Below are positions 1 through 13,700 of a DNA stretch of 64,000 bases, piece after piece. Within the stretch, counting starts at the first letter, position 1, and every line of letters begins with the position of its first letter. This DNA comes from Leucoraja ocellata (Eukaryota). The notes below the pieces were generated by a model. It had not been told where the DNA came from. It did not search any database and saw nothing but the letters and a program-made list of their open reading frames with translations. A program made the translations under genes and the position numbers. The stretch lies in the NCBI GenBank assembly GCA_036785375.1, contig JAWMAR010000061.1, forward strand, positions 9,238,001-9,302,000, read 5' to 3'.

Positions 1-96
1 GAGAAGGAATGGGTGACGTTTCGGATCGAGACCCTTCAGACTGAAGAAACGTCACCCACCCAGAGATGCTGCCTGTCCTGCTGAGTTACTCCAGCT
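1..96. mobile_element. Penelope-like/hammerhead-motif short repeat, head-to-head palindromic copy (truncated by window start)
   Basis: gggtgacgtttcggatcgagacccttcag ... gaaacgtcaccc..agagatgctgcctgtcctgctgagttactccagc. Confidence 0.65.
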
Positions 97-673
97 TTAT
101 GTGGCTGTCTCTGGAAAGGGATATTGTGCTTGATTGGTCCTGTCCAACACCATAGCTGTAAAGGCTTTTGCACATCAGGCCAGACCAGAATTGTAGAAAC
201 AGGATTGTACCTAGTTTTGATGTCCTTCATTTGGGCAAACTAATGCCAGCCAGTGTGGGCTGTTTGGAGGAGGAGGAGGGTTCACTTTGGAGGTGTTTGT
301 GGTGCAAGGGATGGATGTTACAATGGAAGACGAGCAGTTGGCTCACTGCGCTGAGGTTTTGTTTCATTGCTTTCTGTGTGCTCTGGAGTTTGAATCAGTT
401 TTCAACAATCTGGTTTGTAAGCATGATGTCACTTTGTTCATACTGAGCTGTGTAATCGGTTGTGAATGGAGTGTCCACATGCTTGAGGCAAGTTTTCACG
501 ATGTCTGGCCTTGCCGCAGTCAGGCCACACGGGCTTGCATGGATATTTATGATGTTGGTAATGGTCCTGTCACAAGACTGGAACGCGAGTTTGAATCTAC
601 CCGTGAAGATTTAAATTGTTGAACTATTGCAATTAAGAAATTCCAATGGTAATTGGCGGCAGTTCCACATTGT

Positions 674-904
674 TCAATTCAATTCAACTTTATTGTCATT
701 GCGCAGATACAAGTATGGGTACAACGAAATGCAGTTTAGCGTCAGTCCGTAGTAATAGTGCAATATAGAAATAAAAATACAGAATAAGCAAACAATGTGG
801 ACGGAGAGACTGGAGAAATCTATCGGTGGGACTCCGACTTCAGCAATGTGATAGTGTTGTTGTACTAGTACGAGACCTGAGGCTCCTATACCGCCTCCCT
901 GATG
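674..904 (-). mobile_element. Rex1/Babar-type LINE 3' fragment
   Basis: Minus strand reads SGRRYRSLRS-like ORF end, then aatgacaataaa and a (ttgaa)n tail. Confidence 0.55.
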
Positions 905-1687
905 TACCGCTTCCTGATTTGTATACTTTGTTCTACATTGCTATTTCCAGGATCTGCAGTTTAACATTTACTGATTTGATATGGCCTATTTTACGTTGCA
1001 TTCCACAAGAAGTTATTTTACAACCAACCTGGATAGCATTTAAATTATAATGACTGGTTTAAAACAGTATTAAAATGTTAACTATTTGAAGCCCACATCA
1101 TGTCTGATGTTGCACGCAAAATATGATTGAGGTAATGACATTCAGACCTAGAACGGTCACCTGCTGGGGTTGTGTCATTGCTGGTCGTTTACCACATTCC
1201 AGATTATTTGAATTGAAGTTCCATAGATCTTGTGGTGAAAGTAGGGCTTGGTCCTGTGAAAGGTGAGGATATTGGCTGGGTAATTTAGTGTGGGAGGGAG
1301 ATTGGACCAGGAGGCCAAGGTTGTGCTCGGCTTCTCACCTGGTACAAACTCGGGTAGTGAATTGACAGCCAACCGATCTGTGAAACGTGTTGGAGGGACA
1401 AACATGGATTACTGAATGACATCAACTGTTTACACTCGAGCTGTTTCCACGGCAAGTACCATCACTCACCTAGCACCTAAGCCACTCTTGTTTAAAATCA
1501 GTAGCAAATGGAAGTTTCCGAAAAGACGAATCAATGGAACAGATGTTTAGAATTTTCTGATTATACATTCTTGCTCAAATTGAGCAGTTTTTTATCTCTG
1601 AATTTTAAAATTTTCCTATTTTTAACACTGTTCTATAAAAGAACTCTGTTGCTTTCAGAATTACCATCAATTGATTTGTTTTCTCAG

Positions 1688-1791
1688 AGTACGGTCTGCG
1701 ATTGGCAAGTCACATTTTTGTGAAAGAGATCTCTTCAGAAGGGCTGGCTGCCAAGGATGGTAACATCCATGAGGGAGATGTCGTATTGAAG
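1688..1791 (+). CDS. TJP1: TJP1 exon, PDZ2 ([35 protein letters not shown])
   Basis: ttctcag| acceptor, |gtcagt donor, 104 nt. Confidence 0.93.
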
Positions 1792-4700
1792 GTCAGTCAC
1801 GTTTAGGCTTCCCTTTTTCAACAGCTTGAATGTCAATCCTTTTTAGTTTTTCCTTCATCTCACTCTCCCATTCCATATTGAAATTGAGCTGAAAGTGCAC
1901 TGCCATTTGAAAGCGTTTTATAAGGAAGAGGTAAGGCCCTTGTCCTTAATTCTAAAAATTATTATTATTTATTTATTAAAATAATGAAATCTTAAGTAGA
2001 ATAGAATTACCTTTATCCAAATCTGAGGAAGGACATTATTGCCATAGAGGGAGTGCAGAGAAGGTTCACCAGACTGATTCCTAGGATGTCAGGACTGTCT
2101 TATGAAGAAAGACTGGATAGACTTGGTTTATACTCTCTAGAATTTAGGAGATTGAGAGGGGATCTTATAGAAACTTACAAAATTCTTAAGGGGTTGGACA
2201 GGCTAGATGCAGGAAGATTGTTCCCGATGTTGGGGAAGTCCAGGACAAGGGGTCACAGCTTAAGGATAAGGGGGAAATCCTTTAAAACCGAGATGAGGAG
2301 AACTTTTTTCACACAGAGTGGTGAATCTCTGGAACTCTCTGCCACAGAGGGTAGTTGAGGCCAGTTCATTGACTATATTTAAGAGGGAGTTAGATGTGGC
2401 CCTTGTGGCCAAGGGGATCAGAGGGTATGGAGAGAAGGCAGGTACGGGATACTGAGTTGGATGATCAGCCATGATCATATTGAATGGCGGTGCAGGCTCG
2501 AAGGGCCGAATGGCCTACTCCTGCACCTAATTTCTATGTTTCTATGTTTATTGTCATTCAGACCTTAATGTCTGAACGAGATTTTGTGCCTGCAGTCATA
2601 CATACAATAATACAATAATAAACAACCACAAACACAAATTAACATCCACAGTGAGTCCTCAAAACACCTCCTCACTGTGGTGGAGGCAAAAATCTTAGGG
2701 CTGCAGTCTTGTCCCTCCTCTTCTCCCTCTGCGCTGAGGCGATACCCCACCGGGCGATGGTACAACCAGTCCCGCGGCTCACCGAACCCCGCAAACGGGC
2801 CGGCTCAAACACCGCGGCCCGGGGTGGTTGAAGCTGCCGCCCTCTAGTCCAGCAGATGCAGCCGCTGGCCCGTGGCTGAACCCCGGACTCGGGTCACCGC
2901 CGCCAGAACGCCGTCCCAGCCACCGGAGCACCGTTCCAGCCCCTAGCCGGATCGCCCTCACGTGAGTGCCGTTCCTCCCTCGAGCTGGGCCGCTCCGATG
3001 GGAGCGCCACAGCCCCTCACGGGAGCGCCGTTCCAGCCCCGAGCCGGACCGCCCTCACGGGAGCGAGCCCAGGGCAAGTCCTGACTGGCTCTGCCTCCGG
3101 AGTCTCGCTCCGCCAGTAGGCCTCAGCGCAGACGGAGGCAGTGAAGGGGGATACGACAAAAAAGTCACGTTCCCCCGATGGGAGAGACAGCAAGCCCCGT
3201 TTCAACCCCCCCCCCCCCCCACCCCACATAAACACAACCTAAAAACCAAAAACTTAACTAGACAAAACTGAAAAAAACAACACAAAAAGTAAAAACAAAC
3301 GGACTGCAGGCGAGCCGCTGCTGCCAGGGCAGCACCGCCACTTCCGGATGTCCCACACAAGATCAAACCATCACGTCTAGCTTTATAATTTAGTTTATGG
3401 CGGATAGATTTTAATTTGGGTAAATGTGAGTGTTGCATTTTGATAAGATAAACTCTGGCAGGACATAGCTATGGTAGCGCCCTGGGGCATTTGTAGAACA
3501 GAGATTGTGGGATGCAGGTACAGTATATAGTTCCATGACAGTATTGACACGGGTAGATGGGGTATGAAGAAGGTATTTGGCACATCTGCCTTCGTCCGTC
3601 AGGGTATTGAGTATAGGAGTTGTGACATTATGTTCTAGTTTAGCTTTGAGATATAGCATGGAAAGTCTATGCACATATTATTGGAAATGTGTAAAGGAGC
3701 TGGGGAGGATGCAGATCCGGTAGGGAGAGGTTTCTGGGATGAAGAACTATTGTTCCAAGGAGAGGTTGGAGAAAGCCAAGGTGAGATTTGTTTGAAGTAT
3801 ATAAAATAATGTGAGCTGGACAGATGGATAGGGAAGGACGAGAGATCATAGGTATGACTTAGTGGGGAAACGAATTGAGCAGAATAACCTTTCTACACAA
3901 CTTGTGGGTGAATCTGAAATAATTACTGCAGTTGTGCTAGAGGCAGATTCGATTGGGGCCTCTAAGGAAGAAATTGGATAAATATATAGTGGAGAAAAAA
4001 GTGAAGCTGTTGAGAAAGGGCTGGTGGGAAGATCTAGCAGCTGGCTTTGGTGGGCAGCTGGTGTGGGCCAGGATCAACTGTCAGTGTTGTGACCATTTGG
4101 AGTGATGTGCAACAGGTTTTGGAAGTAAAGGAAACCTTAAGTATGTAGCTTTTGAAATAAGCAGCCATCTCAAGCAACAATGAAACTATATTTAAATTGT
4201 GTTTATAAAACAAAATTGTTGCTGTTGACCTGCCATTAAATGTTATGCTGTCACACTGTACATTCATGTTTCAAAGTGTTATCAGTTTGATATCTGTACA
4301 ATATGCTGAGCGACTCTGCACTGAATGGTGTGTTAGGTTATGCTTTGGGTTTAATATAATAGCATCTTGGTCAATTCATCAAATCATGTTGTAATTTGAG
4401 CTGACAAAGATCTGCTGAGGTGCAGAGTTGTGATTGCCGTTTGCTGCTTTGCTGATAAAGGAAATACTCTGCTCTTTCAGAAGAATGCTATCTATACAAA
4501 TGCAGAAACCAAGTGGTAATAGCATTGTTTGAACTGTGTGTACCATAGAGCATGCTATTGTCTTCCTTTGACTGTTGCTTATAGATAAGGTCTGTGGTAT
4601 TTGCATTTGGCTTCCAAGCTCAGTATTACTATGATTCTTTTGTTCCATTACAGATCAATGGCACTGTTACAGAAAACATGTCGTTGGGAGATGCAAAGAA

Positions 4701-7700
4701 ACTAATAGAGAGATCAAAGGGCAAACTTAAAATGGTGGTACAGAGAGATGAAAGAGCCACTCTCCTAAATGTGCCTGATTTGGAAGACAGCATTCCTTCT
4801 GCAAATGCTTCTGAAAGAGATGGTAAGTGTATGAACCAATGGGATAGGATTGTGGTCCCATTTGTTTCTGGCTTTGGAATGTAAGTGATGTGTTGAGCAG
4901 AGGTTTAATATCTGATTGGTAAAGAGCAGTAATTTAATTTGGAGATATAGCACGGAAACAGGCCCATCGGCCCACTGAGTCCGCGCCGACCAGCGATCCC
5001 TGCATATCAACACTACCCTGCGCACACTGCAGACAATTTATTTTACATTGATAGCAAGCCAATTAACCTACAAACCTGTACGTCTTTGGAGTGTGGGAGG
5101 AAATCTAAGATCTCGGAGAAACCCACATATGTCATGGGGAGAGCGTACAAACAACATAGAGACAGCACCAGTGGTCAGGATCAAACCTGGATCTCTGGCG
5201 CTGTAAGGCAGCAACTCTACTGCTGTACCACCATTCGTCCTCAAAGGAAATGGAGTCAGTTTAAGTTATGAGCCAGTCTAGGATCAGCACAACAGGGTAA
5301 CTGGGTTCACTGAGAGAGATGAGCGGTTGCAGTGTGCAGCCTGTGATACTGCCCACACAATGCTGTCTGCAAACAACTAAAGCAATGGAGATTCGCTTTT
5401 ATTGCAATTTGAGTTGGTGTTAAGTAACAGCACATGAGCCTGTGAATGTTGTTGTTAGATATTTCAGAAATCCATTCGCTGGTATCTGATCATTCCAACC
5501 ATTCAAATGAGAGGCCTCGCTTGCGCAGTCGTTCCCGCTCGCCTGACAAGCAGTCAGATTGGTCTGACCACTCGCACCATTCTCCACAGCCCATCAGCAA
5601 TGGAAGGTAGACCACTGCCTTTTCTCTTTTGGGGGGGGGGGTTAATTGCATTGTTTGGGGGGGAGGTTAATTGTATTGTGGGGGGGTTCAATGTATTGTG
5701 TGGGGGGCTTAATTCATTGTATTGTGTGGAAGGTTGTACTGTACACTAGTTTTTTTGGGCTGTATAATTTTTAGATTTCAGAAAATCCAGCTTCTGCACT
5801 CTTGTCTTATTTCTACATAATTGAGTTCTATGATCTCTCATACATTAGATGTTGATCATTTTGATATTTTTGATCATTGACAATATAACTAGAAAAATTG
5901 TATATTTTGGTCAGTTTTCATTGCAGAATATGTTGAATGCCCCCTGTCTGTGTCTGTATTACCTAGTCAGGGATGGGTCATTGTAACTCTTTGCCATGCA
6001 TTAAGGGACTGGCCTGATGATCCTCTGCAAAAAGCAGTTGGAGGAACTCAGCAGGCCAGGCAGCAGCTGTGGAGCAAAACCAAGAGGGGTCCCAACCCAA
6101 AATGATACCTACCCCTTTCTCTTCACAGATGCTGCCTGACACATTGACTACCTCCAGTAGTTTTTTTTTTTTTTTTTGATCAAATGCAGCATCTGTACCC
6201 TCTTGTGTCTCCCGGTTTTCCTATCCTCATTGTCTAACTGGGTGCCACCTTTCCTGTAAATGGGCAAAAGAACATCTCACTTGGGTTTGGGATCTGCACA
6301 ATGATTGGTGGTAGAGCTGGCTCTTCAGTAATTGGGAAACATCGACTGAATTACAGGGCCCCAGATCATGGTGACGATTCTGCGAGGGAAATTGGTTCTT
6401 AATTTTAAAATCCAGGAGCTGAGTTTTGGTGTTACTGTCTGAGCTTGCTGTCAGTGAGGTCTCTGCAGATTGACACATCCCCTTTACATGTTGCCTCCCA
6501 TAGAATTTTCACTCACTAATGCATGACTGTGAAAGGTTAACTTGTATATCCAGTGCCTCAGTTTCCTGCCTTTGTTCAGTATGGGAGCTGTCAGGCTACA
6601 AGGTCTGTGCCTTAAGCATAGGAAGCACTCTATTTTTGGCTCAGTTGTGCAGGATGACATCAGTGGAGAAGAATAACTGAAACTCACTTGAGAGATTGAA
6701 GAATGTAGTTCTGCTGGTATTTCAGGACTCTGTAAGTTGGTGAATGCCGTTTTCTGTTAATTCTGTATCTAGGGTCGATTCAAGTGTATTTTGACAGTGA
6801 TACAATGTGAAACTGTGCACCTGTTGGTATTTTTGTGCCTGATAGTGAAGAGTGCAGTCTGACAATGACCAGATGATGCAACTGTTTTACCCAATGTCAA
6901 ACCATGAAGCCAGCAGAGGATGGTGACTGAGCTTCTACCTGTAAGAGCAGCAGTAATCCAGGAGTTGTTGCCTTGGTATTTACTGCATGTACTGTTAGTT
7001 CCCAACTAGCGCGTCTCTCTCATGAGCACAGCCATCGTCGTTTTCTCTTCCTGGCTCCCTTTTACAATTTATTGTGATTCCATCTGTTCAATTGTTATTT
7101 ATGGTTGATATGGAACCTTGTTTCTCTTTTCAGCTTCTCCTTCCAAAATGTGTAGTCTTTCTTATCGTTCTATAGCTGTACAGATTTTCAAACTAACTTT
7201 TTAGTATGTGAATTTCTGTTTAAATATGATTTTACTGCATTTCCCAATTTCTGAATTTCTTGCAATCTGGTTGGGATGAGCTCCTGTGCTGCTACCAACA
7301 TCACTAACACCGAGCAATAGGACATCTTGCCTGACCCTCTCCCCTGAATCACTGCCTGGTGATCAGAATCAGGAGCTGTGTTCGACTCTCTAGCTCAGGG
7401 ACACAATATTTCTGTCTTAAGGATGTTATGGCTTCTTTAAGAAGACATGTAAAGTTGCAGCTTTCTTTTAAAAATTAAAATCTTATTTACCTTTTTGAAA
7501 CTGGTGGCTGATTGGTTGGGCCAGGCTTGGAGTGCTCTGTGTAGTTCTGGTCGCTGCTTTATAGGATGGCTGGGATTGAGCTAAAGGGGGTTTAAGGATT
7601 CACAGGAATGTTGCCCAGACCAAAAGGCTTGATTAAGGAGAGATAAGATTGACTGAGGCAGTTTTCCCTGAAGCAAAGGAAGCTGAGGGGTGAGTTGTCG

Positions 7701-10700
7701 AGGTTTGTATAATTATGAGAGGCAGAGCCGGGGGTGGGGTGGGGGGAGGGGGTTGTGTTGCTGTCCTTTTCCCATGACAAGGGAGTCTAAAACCTGAGGG
7801 GCCAGATTGTAAAGGGACAAATATAAAATTGAAGGTAGACAAAAATGCTGGAGAAACTCAGCGGGTGCGGCAGCAACTGTGGAGCAAAGGAAATAGGCAA
7901 CGTTTCGGGCCAAAACCCTTCTTCAGACTGGTTCCTTCGCTCCATAGATGCTGCCTCACCCGCTGAGGTTCTTCAGCATTTTTGTCTACCTTTGATTTTC
8001 CAGCATCTGCAGTTCCTTAAACAAATATAACATTGATCTAGGGATCATATTTTCCACATAGGTAGAGATTTAAGACATTCACATTGGTACCTGGATAGGA
8101 AAGGTTTAAAGAAATATGAACTAAATGCAGATAGGTCTTGGTAAGGTAGGTGTCTCGGATAGCATGGAGAATGTGGGCCGAACAGCCTGTTTCCGTGCTG
8201 TACGCTGATAAAGTAAAGAGTTCCTCGGTTCCTCGGTTCATCTGTGTATTGGGTTTTCTGAGGGAACGGCTCCACCTTCTGGTCAGAAATATTACTGATC
8301 AACTTCTGGCAAAACACTCTTATTTGCAGGCAGCCTCTTTTATGCAGTATGTGCTTGCTGGCTTTGCAACACTTATGTCTCTTTTTAGGAACCACTGATT
8401 CATAAACACCAATTATTATGTTATGTTGTTACAATTGTTATGTTGACAAAACTAAACTAATCTGGAAAGTGGCACTATCTTTTGTTTCCCATTCTATTGA
8501 AGTAATGTTGTCCGAATGACATTAGGAACATCTAATCTTTAGCTTTCATTAGATGCTCTGTAATATGAACTATTTTGTGTTTGTTGTGGATTAATCCAAC
8601 TAATTGGCAAGGAATGAACTGCAGATGCTGGAAAGTAAGGTGGATGAGGTCAGAGAGGACTGTGGACTATCATATCTATGTCCACCCATTTGCCCATCTA
8701 CACAAATCCCATTTGGACCATACCTTCAATGCCTATTTAATAGTCTGTCTGATTGTCATAACGAGGCATCTTAATAGTATTTGATTCCATCATTCCCTCT
8801 GACATCAAACACTCTTTATAAAAAAATTAAACCCTTGGATCTCCTTTAACATTTCTCCCTCTCACTTAAACCTGCTTTTCTTTTTTTTCTGGTACCCTAC
8901 CATGGGACAATGAATTTAAGTATCTGTGTCTCTCATAATCTTACAAATTTCCATCGGGTCACTGCGTAGCCTCCTTTGCTCCAGGGAAAACAAGACCCAC
9001 CTCCCACCATAACAAGCCCTCGGCTGCAGGCAGCATCCTGGTGAATCTCCTCTGCACACCAGGCGACATCCTGGTAAATCTCCTCTGCACTCCATCCATC
9101 TTTCCTCAGTTGGAAGAAGGGTCCCAACCCAAAAGCCATCAATCTATTTGCTCAACAGATGCTGCCTGACCACTGAGTTCCTTCAGTGCATTGTGTTTTG
9201 CTCATGTCTCCCATCGTGTGACAACCAGAATTGCACACAAAACTCCCAATAGCGGCCTAAGTAGTTCAAGTAAAGTTGGGTGATTGGTTCCCAAGCCACA
9301 TTCTCTGCATCTATCTATGAAGGCAAGATGACATATGCTCCCTTCACCACCCTACCTACCTGTGTTGCCATTTTCAGGGAATGATGGACGGCCCCCAAGG
9401 TCTCCATTAATCAACGATCTTTAATGCCTGACCATTTACTGTCCGTGTTCTGTATATGTCTGACTTCCCAAAATGCATAATCTTAATAATAACCAAGTAG
9501 AAAGATCCTAGCCTCCATTCAGAAACAGCACCCTTCCACCACTTTCGGCTGCCTCCTTTCAAGCCAATCTTGGATACAATTTAGTTTAGTGTAGCGATAC
9601 AGTGTGGAAACACTTTGGTGCACTGAGTCCGTGTCGATCAACAATCACCCGTACACGAGTTATATCCTACGCATTAGGGACAATTTACGGAAGCCAATTA
9701 ACCTACAAACCTGCACGTCTTTGGAATGTGGGAGGAAACCGGAGCACCCAGAGAAAATCCACGCTGTCACAGGGAGAACATACAAACTCTAACAGACAGT
9801 GCCCATAGTCGGGATCGAACATTACTACTGTGCCGCCCAAATTAACCAGTTTGCCATGGAATCTATATGCTTGAATCTTCTAGACTAGTTTACAGGATTT
9901 TCCTTGCACCAATCCATGCTGATTCTCTATAATCAGTCCCTGCCTTTACAAATGAATATATATAGGCACGGTTCAGAAGGTTATTGGTTCTTCACTCACC
10001 ATCTTCCTTCTAGTGAAGGGGCACTCACTGTGCTGTTGCAGAGAAGTTGATGATTTAACCACAGCCATTAGGGACCGAGTGTACTTCCATAAGAGGCAGT
10101 ATGCAGCGTGAAAGAGCTCCTCACTGATACCGTAGGCAAATAGGTGTGGTATATTTTGTAGATTCACATTGCAACCATTATATATCGGTGAGTAGGGTTG
10201 CTGTATTTTGTTCTTTGTGCTTCACCCTCCGTAGTCTGCAATTTAAAACACATTTTGACATGATGAAAAGCCTTCAACATAAAATGTTATCTGTATCTCC
10301 CCACAGATGCTGCCTGATCCGAGTGTTTCAAGCATTTTGTTTCTTAATTTCTATAATCTGTAGTGTTTTGCTTTTCTGCAAGTATCTGGGGCCATTGAGG
10401 GAGGTGAATCAGATGGGAAAGGGCAGCTCCATGAAGAGGAGAATGGAGAGATAAAGTAAACCAGAGCTTCCTGAGGGGGAATTGTTGAATGGGAGAGAGA
10501 ACGGAATATCTGGATGAGATGTTAGTCACTGAGTCTGAAACGTCAGTGCGCAGGACTGATGTTTTTGACCAGTACTTGTAGGGCCTGGCTAAACATTAGT
10601 CTAAATTACAGTAGCAGCTATGTTTCAAGTGTTGCATTGCAAAGCATTTTAATGTGTGACTAATTTAATCATTGTGCCCATGGCAGAACAGTGTTGTGAA

Positions 10701-13700
10701 GCTGGGAGATTCACCAAGTGTGCACTGTTGTTGTGCTCTGGCAACACAAGCAAATGGTTTGTGAGTACACCGTGCAGGGATTTTGTTGCTGGAGCAGGAA
10801 TAAAATAACCGTTAAACCGTGGCAAATTCTGTGTTCACTTCTCAGTCAGAGGTCCCGTGAAGATGATGTGATCAGAGGACCCAAGCCAGAAGCAGTCTCA
10901 ACACCAGTGAAGAACACGGACGAGGCAGTTAAAGTTGTTGAAGAGCCCGTTTCTGCAGTTGTTGAGGAGGGAACAGAGAAGCAAGCTCCTCCATTGCCAG
11001 GTCTGCTCATGACCATTATTGATTTAGAAGCGGTACTTTTTCAAGGGCATTTTTGTTGGGAAGGATTCCATTCGTAGGTTTGGCATGTACAACTAATATA
11101 ACCAAAACTAAAAAATGGATTAATGTTGGATTTGTGTAAATGGGTGTTTTGTGCAGAATTGATGGGCCTTGTGTTGTGTATCTTTAACTCAGTGACTCTA
11201 ACGTGTGCATTCTGGCACAAGATTTAAATTAGTTTAGTTTATAGTTATTGTCACTGGTGCAATGAAAAGCTTTTTTGTTGATTGCTATCCAGTCAGCGAA
11301 AAGACTATACATGATTACAATCAAGATGTCCACAGTGTACAGATACAGGATCATGACGTTTAGTACAAGATCCACAGTGTACAGATACAGGGTAAAGGAA
11401 TGACGTTTAGTACAAGATTAGGTCCGATTATAGATGGTTCCAAGGTCTCTATAGTGAGGTAGGTGGGAGGTCCGGGCTGTTCTCTAGTTAGTGATAGGAT
11501 GGTTCAATTGCCCGATAACAGCTGGGAAGAAACTGTTCCTGAATTTGGACTGTCTCTACTGTTATAAAGTTACATTTCTTTTGCGGTAGATATATATTGA
11601 GAAACATTCACCGCATGTTTCCAAATACACGTAGTTATACTAGTTGTTCCCCTTTAAAATAGGAGTGCAATTGATCAACCTATGAGAGCCCAGTCAGAAT
11701 GAGAGACCATTTATATGTTGAAGTTATTTTCCAAGTGGCATCTAACTTGTGTGTTTCTGCAGAGCCGAAGCCAGTGTATGCTCAGCCTGGGCAGCCCGAT
11801 GTAGATTTACCAGTCAGTCCGTCCGATGCACCTATTCCAAACTCAACTCACGATGAAGGGATGCTGAGGTAATTCTGCTAAGTTGCATTAACTTTATTGG
11901 TTCACAGACATTTTATGTCATATGCTTCAATCTGCAATGACTACGATTTGAATTCAAACTTTGTTTCCCCAGTATGTTGCCTTTATAGAACAGAGCTTTT
12001 ATATAATATATAATATATTCTGTGGGTGATTGCGTCCACAGGATGTACTTGGCATTCAAATATCCAAAATGAATCAATAGCTTGGCTTTGTGCACTGGGT
12101 AGGTATTGGAAATTAAAGTTCTGGTTGTGCATTTTTCTAAATGAATGCCAGCGTTCGAAAAAAGAGATCGAGACCACTCCATGTGAGTGTTAATTGTATC
12201 CATGTTCTGCGGGATGCATTTGTTGAAGCCAACAGCATTGGTTTATGTGGGAAGCCTTGATGGATTTGGGAAGGGTGATGGATGTAAACTTTTGCAGGGA
12301 CCATGTGCGGATGTTCTTGTGTGGAGAGTTAACACCGCCATGGCACAGTTAGTGATTGGCCTTTATCTGTGCTGTAGAAAGGTTACAGAAAATTAAATCT
12401 GAATGCAGAAAGGACTTCTGGAAGAAAAGCTGTCAACATTTAACGAATTCAGGGCCTGGATTTGGTTCTTTTTGCCTTTTATATGGATAGAAAAATATTA
12501 TAGAACGTTATTTGGAATTGGGTGAGGATCGATTGCATTCTATTCAGGGCACTAAACCATAGCAGGAATTTGAATACTAGATTCTCCCGATTAATTTTGA
12601 GACAAACAAGTTATGTGAGGACGTTGACGATTAATTCTGGGAAGGAGTGAACATAGTAAACACCAGGGTCATCCCATGTTCTGTAAACAAATGTGTGTGT
12701 GTTTTGTGGGCGGAGAATTAACTGCTATGTTTTTACTATGTAATCTTTTTCAGGCCCAGTATGAAGCTGGTTAAGTTTAAGAAGGGTGAAAGTGTTGGAC
12801 TCCGTCTGGCAGGTGGGAATGACGTGGGAATATTTGTGGCCGGAGTTTTGGAGGATAGTCCCGCGGCCAAAGAAGGTCTCGAGGAAGGAGATCAGATCCT
12901 CAGGGTGAGGCCATGTTGGCAATGATTGTTTGATTGACCCAAATGTGACTCAACATGCACTTGAGGATATCATATTTTGTCAGAGTAAACTTTGACATGC
13001 CAGTGTATTTTGTGATGCATCTTATGAAAGCCAGCAGTGCAACACCTTTCAGTAAAGTCAAAGAAAATAACCATGGAAACTAACTTCCATTTGTCATCAT
13101 ATCTAAAGTTTCAATTATATTACTGAGAGTAAGAATTGAAAATGTAATGTTCTTGGTGGAATTCCTAAATGTAGTTGAAGGGTGCTGACACATCCAACTT
13201 ATGCTTGTTGTGTTCTGCAAAATGGAACAGCAACATTTGTTGGTAGCGGAGCCAGTCTGAGTATGTACTACTGTGTATCTAACCTGCCTGTCACCACACA
13301 GGTCAACAATGTGGACTTTGCAAACATCATCCGTGAGGAGGCAGTGCTGTTTCTGCTTGACCTGCCAAAAGGCGAGGAGGTTACCATCCTGGCACAACAA
13401 AAGAAAGATGGTGAGCTGCACGACTGTAGTCACAAGCTCAGTACAAGCTAAATTAGTTCAGTATCCAGAGATGTAGTCATTTGTCAAGAGGGGTTTGCAG
13501 ATCTTTACAAAGAGAAGAGCTGTTAACGGTAAAAATATGAAATCTGAAAATGCTGCAAATACCTCGCATCCGATCATCAACGTTTGTGGAGAGAAAAAGT
13601 AATGTTTTTATTCCTGTCGACGATGGATAGAAACTATCATTTTGTTAAATGTGTTGGCAGGCTGCAGAGTTTGAATGATTTATGGTTTCTATTATTAGTC

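Noticed and set aside
4935-5240. tRNA gene
   Set aside because: The A/B-box-like head belongs to a multi-copy V-SINE; no complete cloverleaf.
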